Positions 28,775 to 39,244 of a stretch of DNA of 64,000 nucleotides are shown piece after piece (the stretch's first letter is position 1; each line of letters opens with the position of its first letter). The translations under genes and the position numbers were made by a program. Source of the DNA: Bacteriovoracaceae bacterium (lineage in GTDB: Bacteria; Bdellovibrionota; Bacteriovoracia; Bacteriovoracales; Bacteriovoracaceae); the NCBI GenBank assembly GCA_048270185.1, contig JBLWTJ010000001.1:128001-192000 (forward strand). The letters run 5' to 3'. The notes beneath the pieces were generated by a model that was not told the DNA's origin, did not search any database, and saw only the letters and a list, made by a program, of their open reading frames with translations.

Positions 28775-29296
28775 GTGAAATCTTTATTACTAATCATATT
28801 CACAGCAGCTCTAGCTCTTAATGTCTCTGCCATGGAGTTTACCTATATCCTTGGTGGTGTAACCCCACATATCCAAAGGCCAACAGGTGCCAATGCTAGG
28901 CCTTTATGTAATGAGTTCTCACAGGGCAGTGGTCTGATCTATAATGAGCTTCATTCTATGCGTGTTAACTATGGTGATAGGTGGTCGACAGGCCTTCTAA
29001 TGGGGGAGAATTCATATTGTGAGCCTATTTGGGGCGCAACTCAGAGCTATCAATTCTATCGTAACCAATATGTTGAATTAAATGGAACTATGGGGTTCTA
29101 TCACTTTGATGAAGATGGTTTTGATTTTAGTGAAGGAGCATACTTTGCTAATTTTGGAAGCTTCTACTTTGTTCCTATTGTTGGTGTAGAAGCTAATTTC
29201 ACGCTTTATCGCTCAAAGAGCTTTCATATCTCTTTTATGAATCTCATTACACCAGTTATTACTAATCATTCATTTGGAATAACTTTTAATTACTAA
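28775..29296 (+). CDS. Small exported protein, probable outer-membrane beta-barrel
   Basis: Signal peptide ending VSA, amphipathic strands, C-terminal FGITFNY. Confidence 0.65.
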   Translation: MKSLLLIIFTAALALNVSAMEFTYILGGVTPHIQRPTGANARPLCNEFSQGSGLIYNELHSMRVNYGDRWSTGLLMGENSYCEPIWGATQSYQFYRNQYVELNGTMGFYHFDEDGFDFSEGAYFANFGSFYFVPIVGVEANFTLYRSKSFHISFMNLITPVITNHSFGITFNY

Positions 29297-29370
29297 TCAG
29301 ATTTTATTTTTGTTTACTTTAAGATACTTTTAATATAAGCTCAAACTTATACTTAAGATAAGGTTGAATA

Positions 29371-30270
29371 ATGTTAGAAACAAGTCAATTACAAACTCTC
29401 GTGGCCGTAGCAAGGGCCGAAAGCTTTTCTAGAGCGGCCGAAGACCTGAATGTAACTCAGTCTGCCATCTCACAGTCGGTAAAGAATCTTGAGACCAAAA
29501 TAGGTGTTAAGGCCTTTAAGCGAACTGGTAAGAAAGTTGTTTTAACACAAGAAGGTGAAAAACTCTACGAGCTTGCGACAAATTTCTTAAACGATATGGA
29601 TGAGACTCTCGTTCAAATACAAGATAATAAAGACGAAATGAAGGGAAAGATCAGAATTGGAACTCTCACTGGTGTTGGAAAGTCTTGGCTAGCTTCAGAG
29701 CTTTTAAACTTTGCCACTCAACAGGAAGATCTATCAATTCACATCTCTCTTGGTTTTCAAGAAGACCTTATTCGAAGTTTCGAAGAAAATAAGATCGACT
29801 TTCTCGTGTTGCCAGAAGGTGCTCTACCTAAATCTGGTGAAAAGCTTCTTTTGAGTGAGGAAGCTGTAACTTTAGTTTTTCCAAAAGGAAATCCCTTCAA
29901 TATTACACAAGAGACGACTCTTGATGAACTAACAAAAATGCCGACTGTTCTTTTTGAACAAGGTGATCGTCTTTATTATAATTGGTGTCTTGCTAAATTT
30001 GGTAAAAAGCCAAAGAAAGTAAATGTACGCTACTCAATTAACTCACACGGAAATATGCTTCAGGCCGTAAAGAATGGGCTAGGTGTTGCAGTTGTTCCTA
30101 ATCACGTATTGAAGCGTTGGTACTATCAAGATGATATTGAGACTCTTGGGAAAACTTTTGAAGTTTCAAATGATCGCTTCTATATCGTTTATCAAAAAGG
30201 TTCTACTGACCTTGTTCGCGTTAGAAAAACCATTGAAATGTTAACAAAAGAGTCAAACCCATTTCTATAA
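29371..30270 (+). CDS. LysR-family transcriptional regulator
   Basis: SFSRAAEDLNVTQSAISQSVKNLE HTH, GKIRIG, GLGVAVVP. Confidence 0.95.
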   Translation: MLETSQLQTLVAVARAESFSRAAEDLNVTQSAISQSVKNLETKIGVKAFKRTGKKVVLTQEGEKLYELATNFLNDMDETLVQIQDNKDEMKGKIRIGTLTGVGKSWLASELLNFATQQEDLSIHISLGFQEDLIRSFEENKIDFLVLPEGALPKSGEKLLLSEEAVTLVFPKGNPFNITQETTLDELTKMPTVLFEQGDRLYYNWCLAKFGKKPKKVNVRYSINSHGNMLQAVKNGLGVAVVPNHVLKRWYYQDDIETLGKTFEVSNDRFYIVYQKGSTDLVRVRKTIEMLTKESNPFL

Positions 30271-30272
30271 TA

Positions 30273-31346
30273 ATGAAAACTTTCAACCCACAAGATATTC
30301 CTGATTCTATTCAAGAATTTATCTTAGATTGCTGGATGAAAGGCTTTAGACTTTGTCTTGTGGGTGGCTATGTTCGAGATTATTTCTTACAGAGAAGTTC
30401 AAATGATTTTGATTTTGAAATTCGCCATACCAATGGTTTAAAAGGTGAAGCATGGATTGATTTTTTAAAAACTCAATTTCCACAAGCTTCCTATATTGGA
30501 ATGGGTGTCTTGCGCATCAAACTTAGCGATATTGAAATTGAAATATCTTCACCACGCCTTGAAGAATTCAATGATGAGATTGATCACAAGAATTTTTCAC
30601 CAATCTTTGATTCATCTTTAAGCTTTGCTGATTCTTTTAAAAGACGTGATCTTCGTCTAAATGCTATTGGTATAAGCTTTTATGTTGAAAACGGTCATAT
30701 TAGTGGCCAAGTGGAAGATCCTTATAAAGGTATCAATGATATTGAAGATAGAATAATTTCACGCATCTGTGATGACTTCTTCTTCGATCCAGTTAGGCTC
30801 TTAAGGGCCATACGATTTAGTATTAATTTTAACTTTAAAATGGTTAACACCAAAGATTATAAGAAGTTCGATTTATCTAAAATCTCTCTGCACTATCTGA
30901 AGTATGAATCGGGTAAGTGCCATAATCATATCGAATTTATCGAAGTTTTAGTTGCCTTAATTAAAGATTGCAATATTGCCATTCCTAAAGATTTGAATGC
31001 GATTAAGAATTATCAAAGTGATTTTATTATTGATGAAATTCATAATCTTGAAGAGGCAATACTCTATTGTAAGACTATTGTTGATACTGAAATTTATAAA
31101 TTTTTGGCCATAAGAAAGAATTTATATTCTAAGATTAATAATTTTAAAGTAGCAATGAATCTCTACGAAGCAAATCAGACTCCTGATAATCGCTATACTT
31201 ACTTGAAAGAGTTGGCCCGTTTAGAAGAGGAACCTCGCCTTAAGTCCTATGCACTCTATCGAGAAATTAAGAAAAAACTCGAAAATATTCGTACAAGCGA
31301 CGAAAGGACTCAACTTTTAATGGACCTTGCGGCAAAAAATTCCTAA
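30273..31346 (+). CDS. Class II tRNA nucleotidyltransferase (CCA/poly(A) polymerase family)
   Basis: LVGGYVRD, DFD, RRDLRLNAI, DPYKG..D, DPVRLLRAIRF. Confidence 0.85.
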   Translation: MKTFNPQDIPDSIQEFILDCWMKGFRLCLVGGYVRDYFLQRSSNDFDFEIRHTNGLKGEAWIDFLKTQFPQASYIGMGVLRIKLSDIEIEISSPRLEEFNDEIDHKNFSPIFDSSLSFADSFKRRDLRLNAIGISFYVENGHISGQVEDPYKGINDIEDRIISRICDDFFFDPVRLLRAIRFSINFNFKMVNTKDYKKFDLSKISLHYLKYESGKCHNHIEFIEVLVALIKDCNIAIPKDLNAIKNYQSDFIIDEIHNLEEAILYCKTIVDTEIYKFLAIRKNLYSKINNFKVAMNLYEANQTPDNRYTYLKELARLEEEPRLKSYALYREIKKKLENIRTSDERTQLLMDLAAKNS

Positions 31347-31419
31347 ATAAATAACGCACTAGATTTATGGTTAAATCTTATGAGATAATGTAAGAAGGAA
31401 AATCCTTCTTGGAGGCATT

Positions 31420-31839
31420 ATGGTTGACATTCATTCAATAATTGCAACTCATAAGAATAAAGAAGTTGAAACAAATCAGCTAGGCTCACTGTCGTCAAAA
31501 TCTGCTGATTTTAGTGAAATTCCAGATATTCTCTTTGACGAAATTCTTGTCGACTATAAACTTAATCGCGTTGAAATAATCATCCTTATGTATCTATACC
31601 GCAAGGTTTGGGATAAGAAAAATCCATATAAAGATCATGGAATTTCCCAATTAATGTCCATGTCTGAAGTTGTTGAAAGACTTAAAATCTCTCTTGATGA
31701 GATCCACCAATCAATTCTTAAGCTTGAAAATTTTGGCTTTATTTCAACCATTCGTGTTGGGCAATATTTCGTACGCAGATTCTTTACTAAGGAATTTGAC
31801 GAGTATTATGGCCAGAATTACGATGATTTTGAAGTATGA
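31420..31839 (+). CDS. Putative winged-helix protein
   Basis: GGAGG RBS; SEVVERLKISLDEIHQSILKLENFGFI resembles a wHTH. Confidence 0.6.
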   Translation: MVDIHSIIATHKNKEVETNQLGSLSSKSADFSEIPDILFDEILVDYKLNRVEIIILMYLYRKVWDKKNPYKDHGISQLMSMSEVVERLKISLDEIHQSILKLENFGFISTIRVGQYFVRRFFTKEFDEYYGQNYDDFEV

Positions 31840-31918
31840 TTTTAAACACTCAAATAATTTCGCTTAGTTAACACAAGATTTACATTTTCATGGTATTATT
31901 TAGATAAGTAATAATCAT

Positions 31919-33835
31919 TTGATCGGAGCGAATGTGACGTCGAAAAGTATTATTTATTTAGGCCATGACTTAGGTTACTGGGATGACCTCAAGAAGAGGT
32001 TTGCTAAAACTTATCCTGATGCCGGACTTTCACTTCTAGATTTCAAGCTTTCAGAAAAAAGTAATAATAAGATTATTCACGATTTATACATGTTAAAGCC
32101 TCAGATCATTTACGTCGATGTCGATGAAAAAGATCCTAAAGGTAGTGAGCTAGGTATGCTTTTGAAGCGTATCAATTTCTTTAGTCGAATCCCTGTCGTG
32201 GCACTTGTTAGCGATTTAAAACAAGTAAAAAAATTAATATCTGTGCACTTTGACTTCGTCTTTGTTAAAGGGGTTGAAACTCATGATGTTGTTCACCACC
32301 CGTATAAATTAATTCGGCCAGAGGATGCTGTCTCAGGAGAGTTTGCTCTTGCGAAACTCTCGGATGACATTAAGCTCAAAGAAATTGCTCGTGTAGGTTA
32401 CTATGGATTAAGTGCCATGCATGTCGAGGCCAATAATCTCTTAGCTGAAAATACTGTTGTTGAGATTGAGCATGCACTTGATAAAAATCAGATGGCCACA
32501 AATTACTTTGTAACACAGAAGATAGGTGACAATAATGTTTACTATGGGGCACGCCACTGGATTGACTTTGAATACCTCTTTGTTGATCCTGCAAAGAAAG
32601 AAGATGGAAGCTTTAGCCTAAATGTTGAAGATTTGAATGAAGATACACTTAATAAGAAGGTCATGATTGGCCGGACATTTAAGAAATGGGTCAATGAGAA
32701 CTCTTCTTATGGCTCAAGAAAGCGCACAAAACTCTTAATGATCGATCCTGATATGCATTACTTTCAAGAGAGTGATAAGATGATCGATAGTTATGATTTC
32801 GTCTTTAGAGTAAATGAGAAATTCAATAATGAATATAAGTATATCGAACGTATTAGGCCTGATATCATTGTTTATTGCTTTCCTGATCCAAATGTTCATG
32901 CTCAGGAGGATCAGGTAGAGTTAGAGGAATCCTCAAAAGAAACTAAGACACAAGATTTAAAAAATGAGCTGGATGTCGATACTCTCAAGCAAGAAGCTAA
33001 GAAAATCGAATCAATTGAAGAAGCACAAGATGCTATCTTGAAAGATGCAATCGTACACTTGAAGAATCTTGGCCCAGAGGCTCCATATTTAATTATATTA
33101 AATTGTAAGTCGTACACTTCAATTTCATTTCAACAGAAGTTTAATTATCCTCATGCTCTTGTTAATCCTTCGCGTATTGGAATGAATGTTTTAGCGCAGA
33201 TGATTCATCAGTTAGAAGAAAAGCGTTTAGAAAAAGAAACTTTGGATATTAATTCAAAGATTGCGGCCTTGCGAAAGAAAGACCCAATGAAGTATGCAAA
33301 AGTTAATCGTACTTACTTTGATCCTCCAAAATACTTTGTCAGTAAGAAGTCTGATTTAAGCCACGCTCTGATCTTACGAGACGCAAAGCTTAAGGAAATT
33401 TCTGAATCGATTTGTTTTTTCACAATTGATGAAGAAATTAGTTTTGGAAATTACTACTTAACCCACCCGTTTAATTTTGCCGTTAAAGTAGTTCCTCATG
33501 AAGGTAAGGATAATGTTAAAGAAGGTGATTCTTATAAGTATCTAGGACTTATCCATGCAATTGGTGAAAAAGAAAAGATGCGCCTTAGACAATTTGTAAA
33601 TGATATCTACACTCAGCATAAGAAAGAACAAAGAGAGCAAGAAGAACAGGCCTTAAAAGAGGCCAATGAGAAGTTCTTGCTTGATAAGAAGAAAGCTCAA
33701 GCCGAAGCTCAAACCGAAGCTCAAGAAGACGCCTCTCAAGAAGAGACAAGTACTGAGGGTAATGGGGAAGTAAAGGTTGTAGAAGAGAGCTCCAACGATC
33801 TCGATACCGCTATGAAAGAATTAGATAAAGAGTAG
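31919..33835 (+). CDS. Hypothetical multidomain protein with degenerate receiver-like segments and an acidic tail
   Basis: KPQIIYVD...RIPVVAL and RPDIIV resemble REC beta3/beta4; TTG start uncertain. Confidence 0.6.
   Translation: MIGANVTSKSIIYLGHDLGYWDDLKKRFAKTYPDAGLSLLDFKLSEKSNNKIIHDLYMLKPQIIYVDVDEKDPKGSELGMLLKRINFFSRIPVVALVSDLKQVKKLISVHFDFVFVKGVETHDVVHHPYKLIRPEDAVSGEFALAKLSDDIKLKEIARVGYYGLSAMHVEANNLLAENTVVEIEHALDKNQMATNYFVTQKIGDNNVYYGARHWIDFEYLFVDPAKKEDGSFSLNVEDLNEDTLNKKVMIGRTFKKWVNENSSYGSRKRTKLLMIDPDMHYFQESDKMIDSYDFVFRVNEKFNNEYKYIERIRPDIIVYCFPDPNVHAQEDQVELEESSKETKTQDLKNELDVDTLKQEAKKIESIEEAQDAILKDAIVHLKNLGPEAPYLIILNCKSYTSISFQQKFNYPHALVNPSRIGMNVLAQMIHQLEEKRLEKETLDINSKIAALRKKDPMKYAKVNRTYFDPPKYFVSKKSDLSHALILRDAKLKEISESICFFTIDEEISFGNYYLTHPFNFAVKVVPHEGKDNVKEGDSYKYLGLIHAIGEKEKMRLRQFVNDIYTQHKKEQREQEEQALKEANEKFLLDKKKAQAEAQTEAQEDASQEETSTEGNGEVKVVEESSNDLDTAMKELDKE
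33693..33728 (+). repeat. In-frame 12 bp tandem repeat, three copies
   Basis: AAGCTCAAGCCG AAGCTCAAACCG AAGCTCAAGAAG encoding AQAE-AQTE-AQED. Confidence 0.7.
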
Positions 33836-33947
33836 CTGACCAATACACTCTGACATATCCTATAAAAGATTCTCTTCTTTTCTTACATTCCATGATTTAT
33901 TTTTAAGCCTCCATTAGAATAAAAGAATATTTTCATGGAGGAAGATA

Positions 33948-35159
33948 ATGAGAAATCTAATATTAGCAGTGATGCTATTGGCATCGAGTAATCTACTCGC
34001 ATCTAATTTACAAAACTTCAAAGATAGATTCAGTTTTAAACGTGACGATAACGGAAAGCTTATTGCTGTTCATGACGCTTCGATTAGAACGAAATTTAAG
34101 TTCTCTGAATACGTTGATTTTATCAAGCGCTCTATTCTTAATGAGCAGGCCCTAATGGCCAGTAGTGGTTTAAGCGGTAATTATGAGTCAGATGTTGAAG
34201 GTCTTTTTGTAACAGGAAATGGATTTTTAGGAAATGATTTCCAAACTCAAAAAAATGTAAAAAGAGTTGTTCGTTCGATGCGTGCATTTGAGGGAATTGA
34301 CTTCAATGCTGTTTTTGAAAGTAGTGAATTTAAAGAGCTTATGAATGAATTTGGCTCTAAAATTAAAGAAGCTTTTTACTATATTGATCCTACAATTATT
34401 GCAAAACCAGATATCGCAACTTTCTACTACCGTAAGAATGTTACATATAAAATTGTAAACTGGGCCCTTAATCAAGCTAGAAAACGTATCTCAACTGTTC
34501 CTGCTTTAAATACGGCTTTCTATGTAATTACTGAAGTTGAAAAACTATTTAGAACAAGAAGATTCTATCACCAAAATTTACTTCTTCATTACTTAGAGAC
34601 TGCTAGTCCAGAAGAGTTAGGGCTTACAAAAGAAGAAGCTGATTTAATTTTTTCTTCAATTTATGAGTCAAGAATTGATTGGATTGCATTTTGGGAATCA
34701 AGTAGTGCAAAACTTAGTTGGCCAACTTATGGAACTTCAAAGTTTTATGCAGAATTTAGAATGGCCACAAATCGTCTGAGACAATATAAATCAAAATATA
34801 GTGAAATGGGCGAGAGATTAAATTATGGTTTCCAAGAAGTAACAATCGATGGTGAAAGAGTTATCGTTAATCTTTTTGATGGTAACCATACATTCGATAA
34901 GTCTCCAGCTGTTGCTTACTCATTTGACCGTCCAAGAAGAGTTAAGAGATTAAGAAGTGTATTAACTCTAGCAAGTCTTGGCCTAAGCTTTGTACCACTT
35001 CCTGCAATTATTAAGGATAATGTTGATAGCTTCATTAAGTCATATTACAAAGAACAACAGATCACAGAAGGTGCTCTTGTTGGTTACTTTGAAATGAATG
35101 GGGATCAATTTATGGTTGATGAGATTCGTAAACAGTATTTAAATCCATTTGATTTTTAA
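33948..35159 (+). CDS. Secreted hypothetical protein
   Basis: GGAGG RBS, signal peptide ending LLA-S, 403 aa. Confidence 0.78.
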   Translation: MRNLILAVMLLASSNLLASNLQNFKDRFSFKRDDNGKLIAVHDASIRTKFKFSEYVDFIKRSILNEQALMASSGLSGNYESDVEGLFVTGNGFLGNDFQTQKNVKRVVRSMRAFEGIDFNAVFESSEFKELMNEFGSKIKEAFYYIDPTIIAKPDIATFYYRKNVTYKIVNWALNQARKRISTVPALNTAFYVITEVEKLFRTRRFYHQNLLLHYLETASPEELGLTKEEADLIFSSIYESRIDWIAFWESSSAKLSWPTYGTSKFYAEFRMATNRLRQYKSKYSEMGERLNYGFQEVTIDGERVIVNLFDGNHTFDKSPAVAYSFDRPRRVKRLRSVLTLASLGLSFVPLPAIIKDNVDSFIKSYYKEQQITEGALVGYFEMNGDQFMVDEIRKQYLNPFDF

Positions 35160-35185
35160 AATACAATAAATAAATTGCAATGACT

Positions 35186-35215
35186 AAAAGGCCCTCTAGT
35201 AAGAGGGCCTTTTTT
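35186..35215. terminator. Bidirectional terminator
   Basis: AAAAGGCCCTCT-AGTA-AGAGGGCCTTTT. Confidence 0.88.
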
Positions 35216-35217
35216 AT

Positions 35218-36726
35218 TTAAGCAGTTCTTTGAATTTTAATCGTTGTGATAATAATAAATATCGTTTGAACGGCAAAGAATGTTCCTAGAAAAATAGCTC
35301 CACCTTGAGAGAAACCGTAAGAATGAAGTCCTGTTGCAAGGATGTAGTTAACACCAAACCATGCCATCATAACACTCATAAACGCTGCTGCAACAAGTGT
35401 GGCAAAGCGAGTATTGGTAATCCAGTTCGTGTACTTTCCATGTAGTATGGCCATATAAATACATAGAACAATCAGTGACCATGTCTCTTTTGGATCCCAT
35501 CCCCAAAAGCGTCCCCAAGAGTAATCGGCCCATACTCCACCAAGGATAATACCTGCTGCAAGCATGATATTACCGTACTTAAGTGTCGTATAGATTAGGT
35601 CATTATAATATGTTTCATCAGCTTCAGAGAAGTCTGAGAAGGCCCTTTTAAAGAGAATCGTATTGGCCAGAATCCAGCTTAGAGCTAGTGCTCCATAGGA
35701 CATGATAATTGTTGTTACGTGTGTACTGAGCCAGAAGTTATCTCTAAGAACTGGTACTAGAGGACTGATTGATGGAGATACCATATTTGTCGCAAACGTA
35801 ATCATCATAAGTGTACAAAGGTTGTAAGCAAGTCCCATGTAGAGATAAGTTTTTTCATTTTTTAAGTGACCTATAATCATTGAGAGAACAAGTCCACCGT
35901 AGCCCGAGAAGATAACTGTCTCATACATATTTGTAATAGGTGCGCGTCCCGAAATATAGACTCTTAATGCAATATAGATTGTTTGAACAATTACAGTAAG
36001 TGTTGCAAGTCCTAGTGAAATATAGAACTTCTTAAAAAGAACTAATGCTGCTAGGCCAATGAGTGTGAGTGCAAAAGCAATACGTGTAAGTTGTAATTTA
36101 TCAAAGAGGAATTCAGTTAAGTACTTATCTCCCTCTATTTGAATATAGTCTGTCTTTGCTTGTTTAAATGCGTCTTGAAATGGAGTTGTTGAAGTTTGCG
36201 CAAACTTATCAACTCTTTCTTTTGTTAGAAAGTCTGTTACGGGAATCCAATTGATTGACTTGTCTGCTTTGAGGGGGATTTGCCAATTGGTTCCACCAGT
36301 AATGTCGTTGTAGAGTTGGATTTTTGAAAGAAGTCGTCCAAGCTCCTTCTTGTAGCCAGATTCTACTTTCTCTTTTTGATAGGCCATGCGGATAGTGACA
36401 TTATGGTCAACTAACTCTTCAAAATCCATTTTCCCATCACTATCAAGTAGGGACTTAGCATCTTTATGCTCGATCTTTGTCGCTATTTTAAAAGGCGTTT
36501 CAAGGCCAAATGCTTTCGCACTTAATAGACAGAATGTTTCGACACTTGTGTGACCTTTTACGGCCTTCTTTCCTGTTAAGTGACCAAGAACTTCCTTCGC
36601 ATGAACTGATAATGGCTTAACTCGTCCATCCTGCCTGATAGGCATTTTTCCCATATCGTTATGGCAGAAATTTAAATTAGCATAAGCACTCGTTACAATA
36701 AAGAAACTTAGAATTAGTTTAAGCAT
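35218..36726 (-). CDS. ccsA: Cytochrome c biogenesis protein CcsA/ResC with an extra N-terminal exported domain
   Basis: WWD motif WADYSWGRFWGWDPKETW, P.L..FWL..HV, GLHSY; AGGAG RBS before ATG 36726. Confidence 0.9.
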   Translation of the reverse strand: MLKLILSFFIVTSAYANLNFCHNDMGKMPIRQDGRVKPLSVHAKEVLGHLTGKKAVKGHTSVETFCLLSAKAFGLETPFKIATKIEHKDAKSLLDSDGKMDFEELVDHNVTIRMAYQKEKVESGYKKELGRLLSKIQLYNDITGGTNWQIPLKADKSINWIPVTDFLTKERVDKFAQTSTTPFQDAFKQAKTDYIQIEGDKYLTEFLFDKLQLTRIAFALTLIGLAALVLFKKFYISLGLATLTVIVQTIYIALRVYISGRAPITNMYETVIFSGYGGLVLSMIIGHLKNEKTYLYMGLAYNLCTLMMITFATNMVSPSISPLVPVLRDNFWLSTHVTTIIMSYGALALSWILANTILFKRAFSDFSEADETYYNDLIYTTLKYGNIMLAAGIILGGVWADYSWGRFWGWDPKETWSLIVLCIYMAILHGKYTNWITNTRFATLVAAAFMSVMMAWFGVNYILATGLHSYGFSQGGAIFLGTFFAVQTIFIIITTIKIQRTA

Positions 36727-38362
36727 TCTTTTCTCCTGTTGCTCCCTCAAGTCCTAGCATGTCACGTGTTTTCTTTTTTGGCCTATAATTTAGGTAATAG
36801 TGCCAAATACAGCCTAGAACGAGTAGGAGAGATCCTAGATATTTAATCCATCTACCTTGATCAAGATTCACTGAGAATGTTGAGCTGTAGGCACCTGTCT
36901 CAGGGTCCTGAGAATAAGATGCCTGGTAGAAAGTAAACCCATCGTGTTTGAGTGGGTTGTTCATATAGACATGATGTGGTGTTGTTTCACCATTTGTATA
37001 AAGATTAACAAAACTTTCGTAACTTGCCGGTCGATTTGTCCCTGGATCCTTATCCATCTTAAAGCGAGTTAGAGTAAATTCAAAAGGTAGAAGAAATGAT
37101 CTCTTCGTTAAATAGATATTTGTTTTTACCCCGTCAATAAGAACAGAGACAGGCTTATCATCTGTTAGCCAATATTCTTTGTCTCTGACTTGAACTCTTG
37201 CCGCTCTTGTCATTCCTTTGACCAGTCCTCCATTTTGTTGAATTGGAAGTGTCGCAAAAGGAACCATTGTCGGAACAAGATCATCTTCATGCTTTAATAG
37301 TTTTAAGGTAAAGCCCATCCAAGGTAAGTCCATTTCATTCTTTTCATTAAATTTTTGGGATACCCATTTCTTTTCCTGTTTGTCATAAAAAGACGCACTT
37401 TCTCCAAATAGAAAAAGGTGAGCTTTTTCTAGGAATAAGTTTTTAGAAAAGACTCTAATTGGTGCGTTCATGGCCGGTTTTAATTCTTGATCTAAGGCCC
37501 ATGGACTTAAGTCTGGCAGGAATGAGTAGACGCTACCTTGATCCTTGATAACAAAGAATCTTTTGTCTGTTGCAGTTTTCTCGACCTTTATACCCTTGTC
37601 TTCTGTTGTAAAGCATTCTGAAGATCTTGAGTCCCATAGTATTAAGCCGCTTTCGCTTGGTTTACTAAAACATGGAGCTAGTGTCTTTGGAAGATAAGTT
37701 ATGCTTAGAAGGCCCATTGAGAGAGAGGCTTCAAAGTCAAATGCTTCTGGGTGTAGACTTAGAGTGAAGTCTTGGGCGACATTATCATTTGAAATAATGT
37801 AGCTTGATGAGTGAGCATTATCTGAATCTTTATTGTCTTTTGCTGGAAGCCATGTGAGCTTCTTATCGGCAAATGGAATATAGTTTTGAATCTCAACTTC
37901 TTTGTATCGTACGTTGACGTCAGTAGAGAATGCGGCATATGGCAGAGGAAGGATTGCTCTGGTATTTTCTTCCGGACGTGTAATCTCGATTACATCTTCA
38001 TTTAAGACAACTTGTCTCGATGGATTCATCGGGTTTAAGTTAATTGTCCCATCAATACCTGCAATATAAGTTACAAATGAACCAATTCCAATGACGATTA
38101 AACCTGTGTGAATTGTATAGAAACCATAGAGTCTTTTTTTTACTGGAAGTCTAACAAAGGCCGCAAAAAGTATACTTAGTCCCATAAAGAATTGGATGGC
38201 CATAAACCACCACGTTTTATAGATCACACGTGAAACAAAATCAGTACCGTAGTAACTTTCAATAAAAGTCCCCACGACCATGGCCAGTGTAAATAATGAA
38301 ATAATGAAAACTGCAAACTTCATTGAGCCGATCGAACGCTCAAATTTCTTATAATCAATCAT
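36719..38362 (-). CDS. resB: Cytochrome c biogenesis protein ResB/CcsB
   Basis: GTFIES, IYKTWWF, H in TM3, MNNPLKHDGFTFYQASY, D.G..IKYLG. Confidence 0.85.
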   Translation of the reverse strand: MIDYKKFERSIGSMKFAVFIISLFTLAMVVGTFIESYYGTDFVSRVIYKTWWFMAIQFFMGLSILFAAFVRLPVKKRLYGFYTIHTGLIVIGIGSFVTYIAGIDGTINLNPMNPSRQVVLNEDVIEITRPEENTRAILPLPYAAFSTDVNVRYKEVEIQNYIPFADKKLTWLPAKDNKDSDNAHSSSYIISNDNVAQDFTLSLHPEAFDFEASLSMGLLSITYLPKTLAPCFSKPSESGLILWDSRSSECFTTEDKGIKVEKTATDKRFFVIKDQGSVYSFLPDLSPWALDQELKPAMNAPIRVFSKNLFLEKAHLFLFGESASFYDKQEKKWVSQKFNEKNEMDLPWMGFTLKLLKHEDDLVPTMVPFATLPIQQNGGLVKGMTRAARVQVRDKEYWLTDDKPVSVLIDGVKTNIYLTKRSFLLPFEFTLTRFKMDKDPGTNRPASYESFVNLYTNGETTPHHVYMNNPLKHDGFTFYQASYSQDPETGAYSSTFSVNLDQGRWIKYLGSLLLVLGCIWHYYLNYRPKKKTRDMLGLEGATGEKNA

Positions 38363-38457
38363 TGTTAATTTGCCCTTTAGGTTTGTTCAAGTGATAGCAC
38401 ACTCGATAAAGTCAGGCTATGAAATTAACTATTTTTCATGTCAACTCTTTGTAAACT

Positions 38458-39150
38458 TTAGGCTTTTATGAACAAGTAAAGAAGATAGACGATAGAGTAA
38501 AGAATGAGTTGATGCGTTACGTAAATTATAAATGAATGCTTTCCTAGAAATTGAATCCATCTAAGTATTGGCCATTGAGGATAGTCAATTTGATGCCATT
38601 TCAAATGGAAGAAAGTAATGCCAAGTAGGGAGAGTGATACCCAGGGAAAAATTGCAATATAATCCATTGAGGCATGCTCCATTTGAGGAAATGGAATGGC
38701 ATAGGGAGATAACTCGAGGCCTAAAATGATGATTGCCAAGACAAGGCAAGCCCACGGCCTATTTCTAAGTGGTGTTATTAGTATTGTTGAAAAGAAAATA
38801 CAGTGAAGAGTTCCAAAGTAAATCCAATTCTTTGGAAACATAAAATAGGTCGATACTGAGATAATGATGGCCGCAATACCTATCTTTAATAATCTGAAGT
38901 TATAGGCTTTAAAGTTGATCTTAGACGGGTGGGCCATACAGATTGAGACACCAACTGAGAACATAAAGAGGGTAACAATCACTCTTGGAAGATAGAACCA
39001 AAAGCCAGGCCTAAAGAATTCCACATCAACAAAACCAAAGGTATCTAAATCGTATGTAAAATGAAATATGATCATTAAAATAACTGCAATACCGCGTAGT
39101 AGGTCAATTAGATGAAATCGTTTAGTTGTGATTGTATTTTGTTGTGTCAT
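38458..39150 (-). CDS. DUF1624/HGSNAT-like membrane acyltransferase
   Basis: IDLLRGIA..MIIFH, FGTLH, DY..FPW, LGKHS..Y..HQ. Confidence 0.82.
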   Translation of the reverse strand: MTQQNTITTKRFHLIDLLRGIAVILMIIFHFTYDLDTFGFVDVEFFRPGFWFYLPRVIVTLFMFSVGVSICMAHPSKINFKAYNFRLLKIGIAAIIISVSTYFMFPKNWIYFGTLHCIFFSTILITPLRNRPWACLVLAIIILGLELSPYAIPFPQMEHASMDYIAIFPWVSLSLLGITFFHLKWHQIDYPQWPILRWIQFLGKHSFIIYVTHQLILYSIVYLLYLFIKA

Positions 39151-39244
39151 AATTCATTATTTTATCATAGTTGTTTTAGGCTGGGTACGCTGTAGTCATT
39201 TGAGGACTTAGCTGTTATCTTATTGTTCTATAAATAAGGATAAT

